Source: a virus. Taken from it: a DNA stretch of 64,000 nt. The notes under the pieces are model-generated. The model worked only from the letters and a program-made list of their open reading frames with translations, searched no databases and was not told the origin of the DNA. Below, one piece after another: positions 62,773 to 64,000 of this stretch. The stretch is from positions 33,406 through 97,405 of the IMG/VR virus record IMGVR_UViG_3300017727_001923. The stretch is one strand, 5' to 3'. Numbering within the stretch: the stretch's first letter is position 1; each line of letters starts with the position of its first letter. The translations under genes were made by a program, and so were the position numbers.

Positions 62773-63999
62773 CTATTTATACCAATTTAACTTATCTTTC
62801 TTATATCTTTCGAGGTTTTTGAAATATTTCTTTACGTCTTTTCTTGTTATATCGGGTAGTTTTTCTTCGTAAGTCTCTCTCAAGTCATATCCTAGTTGTT
62901 TGTACCAACCCATATGCCATCCAGATAGACTTTCTGGTCTTCCTAGTTTGATTATTCTGTCTGATTGATACTTAGTAGTCCATTCTAACATGTCAATTTG
63001 GTCGTAATTTCCACTTGGATGTACCCATACTTGTTGAAATGTTTTTTCTGCACGGTTTTTTAACTCTTCCTTTAGAGCAGCATCTTTTGGAAAATTATCT
63101 ACCATTTGTCGTAAAGAGGGGTTTGGGTTTATTACTCTCTTTACTTCCCAGTGTTGATAATAGTAATTTTCTATAGCTTTATCTAAAAGAGTTTTATCTC
63201 TCCACGTGTATCCATATTTGGACGGGTCTTTTTCTATATCTGAAACTGCATCAACACCATCTGAGACATGTTGTGATATATACAATGGATGTATTGTGAC
63301 TTGATTCCACCAATACTTATTCAACCATTCTCCAGATTTATCTAAAGTTTCAAATGTTTCGTGAGGTAATCCCGCAATCATTGTCAATGTTTGATTGTAA
63401 TGATTACCAGTATGTCTATTCTTCTTAAAATACTCTGCGGATGCAAGTAATCCCTCTTGCATCTGTAATGGAGAAAAACCTTTGTTAATAGATTTACCAG
63501 ATGCATGGTTAAATGTTTCAATACCCATAGACTGACTGGTGAATCCCATATCAATCATATTGTCCCAGTCTTGTTTTGCTCGTCTTATTAACAAGTCACC
63601 ACGAATAAATCCATGGAACTGAGGTTGAAAGGGAAGTTTTCTTACAACGTCTGCAAACTTTGATATGTACTCAGAACTTGCATTAGCGGTCTCATCTGCA
63701 AGACAGTAATGTGTTACACCCCATTTCTCATAGTTCTCTCTTAGTTCTTCTTCAAAGTTTTCTGCATGTCTACTATGGTCACCCTTAACACCTAACGGGG
63801 AGTAGTCACAGAATGTACATTTGAATATACATCCTCTAGACAACTCCATGGTCAATACTTCATCCTTTTGTATAAAATCTCTTTCTTCGTATGATGTGTG
63901 TGGATTCTTATGAGGAAATGCGGGATAGTCATTAAAACAATCCATAATAACAAATTCCTTTCCTACCATGTCTATTTGATTGAAAGGATTAATTTTGAC
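62773..63999 (-). CDS. radical SAM enzyme of the B12-dependent (class B)-like type, 5' end outside window
   Basis: ELSRGCIFKCTFC, ADET, GIETF, MIAGLPHET; frame stays open to the window edge upstream of ATG63969. Confidence 0.8.
   Translation of the reverse strand, partial: VKINPFNQIDMVGKEFVIMDCFNDYPAFPHKNPHTSYEERDFIQKDEVLTMELSRGCIFKCTFCDYSPLGVKGDHSRHAENFEEELRENYEKWGVTHYCLADETANASSEYISKFADVVRKLPFQPQFHGFIRGDLLIRRAKQDWDNMIDMGFTSQSMGIETFNHASGKSINKGFSPLQMQEGLLASAEYFKKNRHTGNHYNQTLTMIAGLPHETFETLDKSGEWLNKYWWNQVTIHPLYISQHVSDGVDAVSDIEKDPSKYGYTWRDKTLLDKAIENYYYQHWEVKRVINPNPSLRQMVDNFPKDAALKEELKNRAEKTFQQVWVHPSGNYDQIDMLEWTTKYQSDRIIKLGRPESLSGWHMGWYKQLGYDLRETYEEKLPDITRKDVKKYFKNLERYKKDKLNWYK
62774..62781 (-). 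promoter_or_regulatory. T4-type late promoter, 5 nt upstream of ATG
   Basis: Minus strand GGTATAAATAGAACTATGAGT, identical 21-mer to the 52491-52511 site. Confidence 0.85.
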
Positions 64000-64000
64000 T

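Noticed and set aside
1-64000. Stop-codon reassignment (alternative genetic code)
   Set aside because: Conserved genes are full-length in code 11 and end in TAA, TAG or TGA; no suppressor tRNA.

Overview
64 kb fragment of a large AT-rich T4-like (T4 superfamily) myovirus genome, probably marine and infecting a Gram-negative proteobacterium (inferred from the IscU, NrdA/B and TonB-receptor types). T4 core genes: gp32, gp33, gp2, gp54, gp26, gp51, gp29, nrdA (with fused glutaredoxin), nrdB, phoH. Regulation: 13 near-consensus sigma70 early promoters, T4-type late promoters (TATAAATA and variants), several terminators and two tRNA-Arg genes. Accessory content: early ORFan cassettes (1-6.9 kb, 28.3-29.5 kb, 52.6-55.3 kb); a late cluster of proteins whose N-termini resemble the T4 capsid-targeting sequence, including ligase-like, HxGH nucleotidyltransferase, nuclease-like and kinase enzymes; a lipid/CoA set (desaturase, two ANL-family paralogs, SGNH, panD); a ~17 kb glycan biosynthesis/modification island; and a BtuB-like TonB-dependent receptor, iscU/iscA and radical SAM genes. 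A U-UUU-UUU slippery site with an upstream SD suggests a -1 frameshift joining gp26 to gp51. All family calls come from motif recognition by eye, not database searches.
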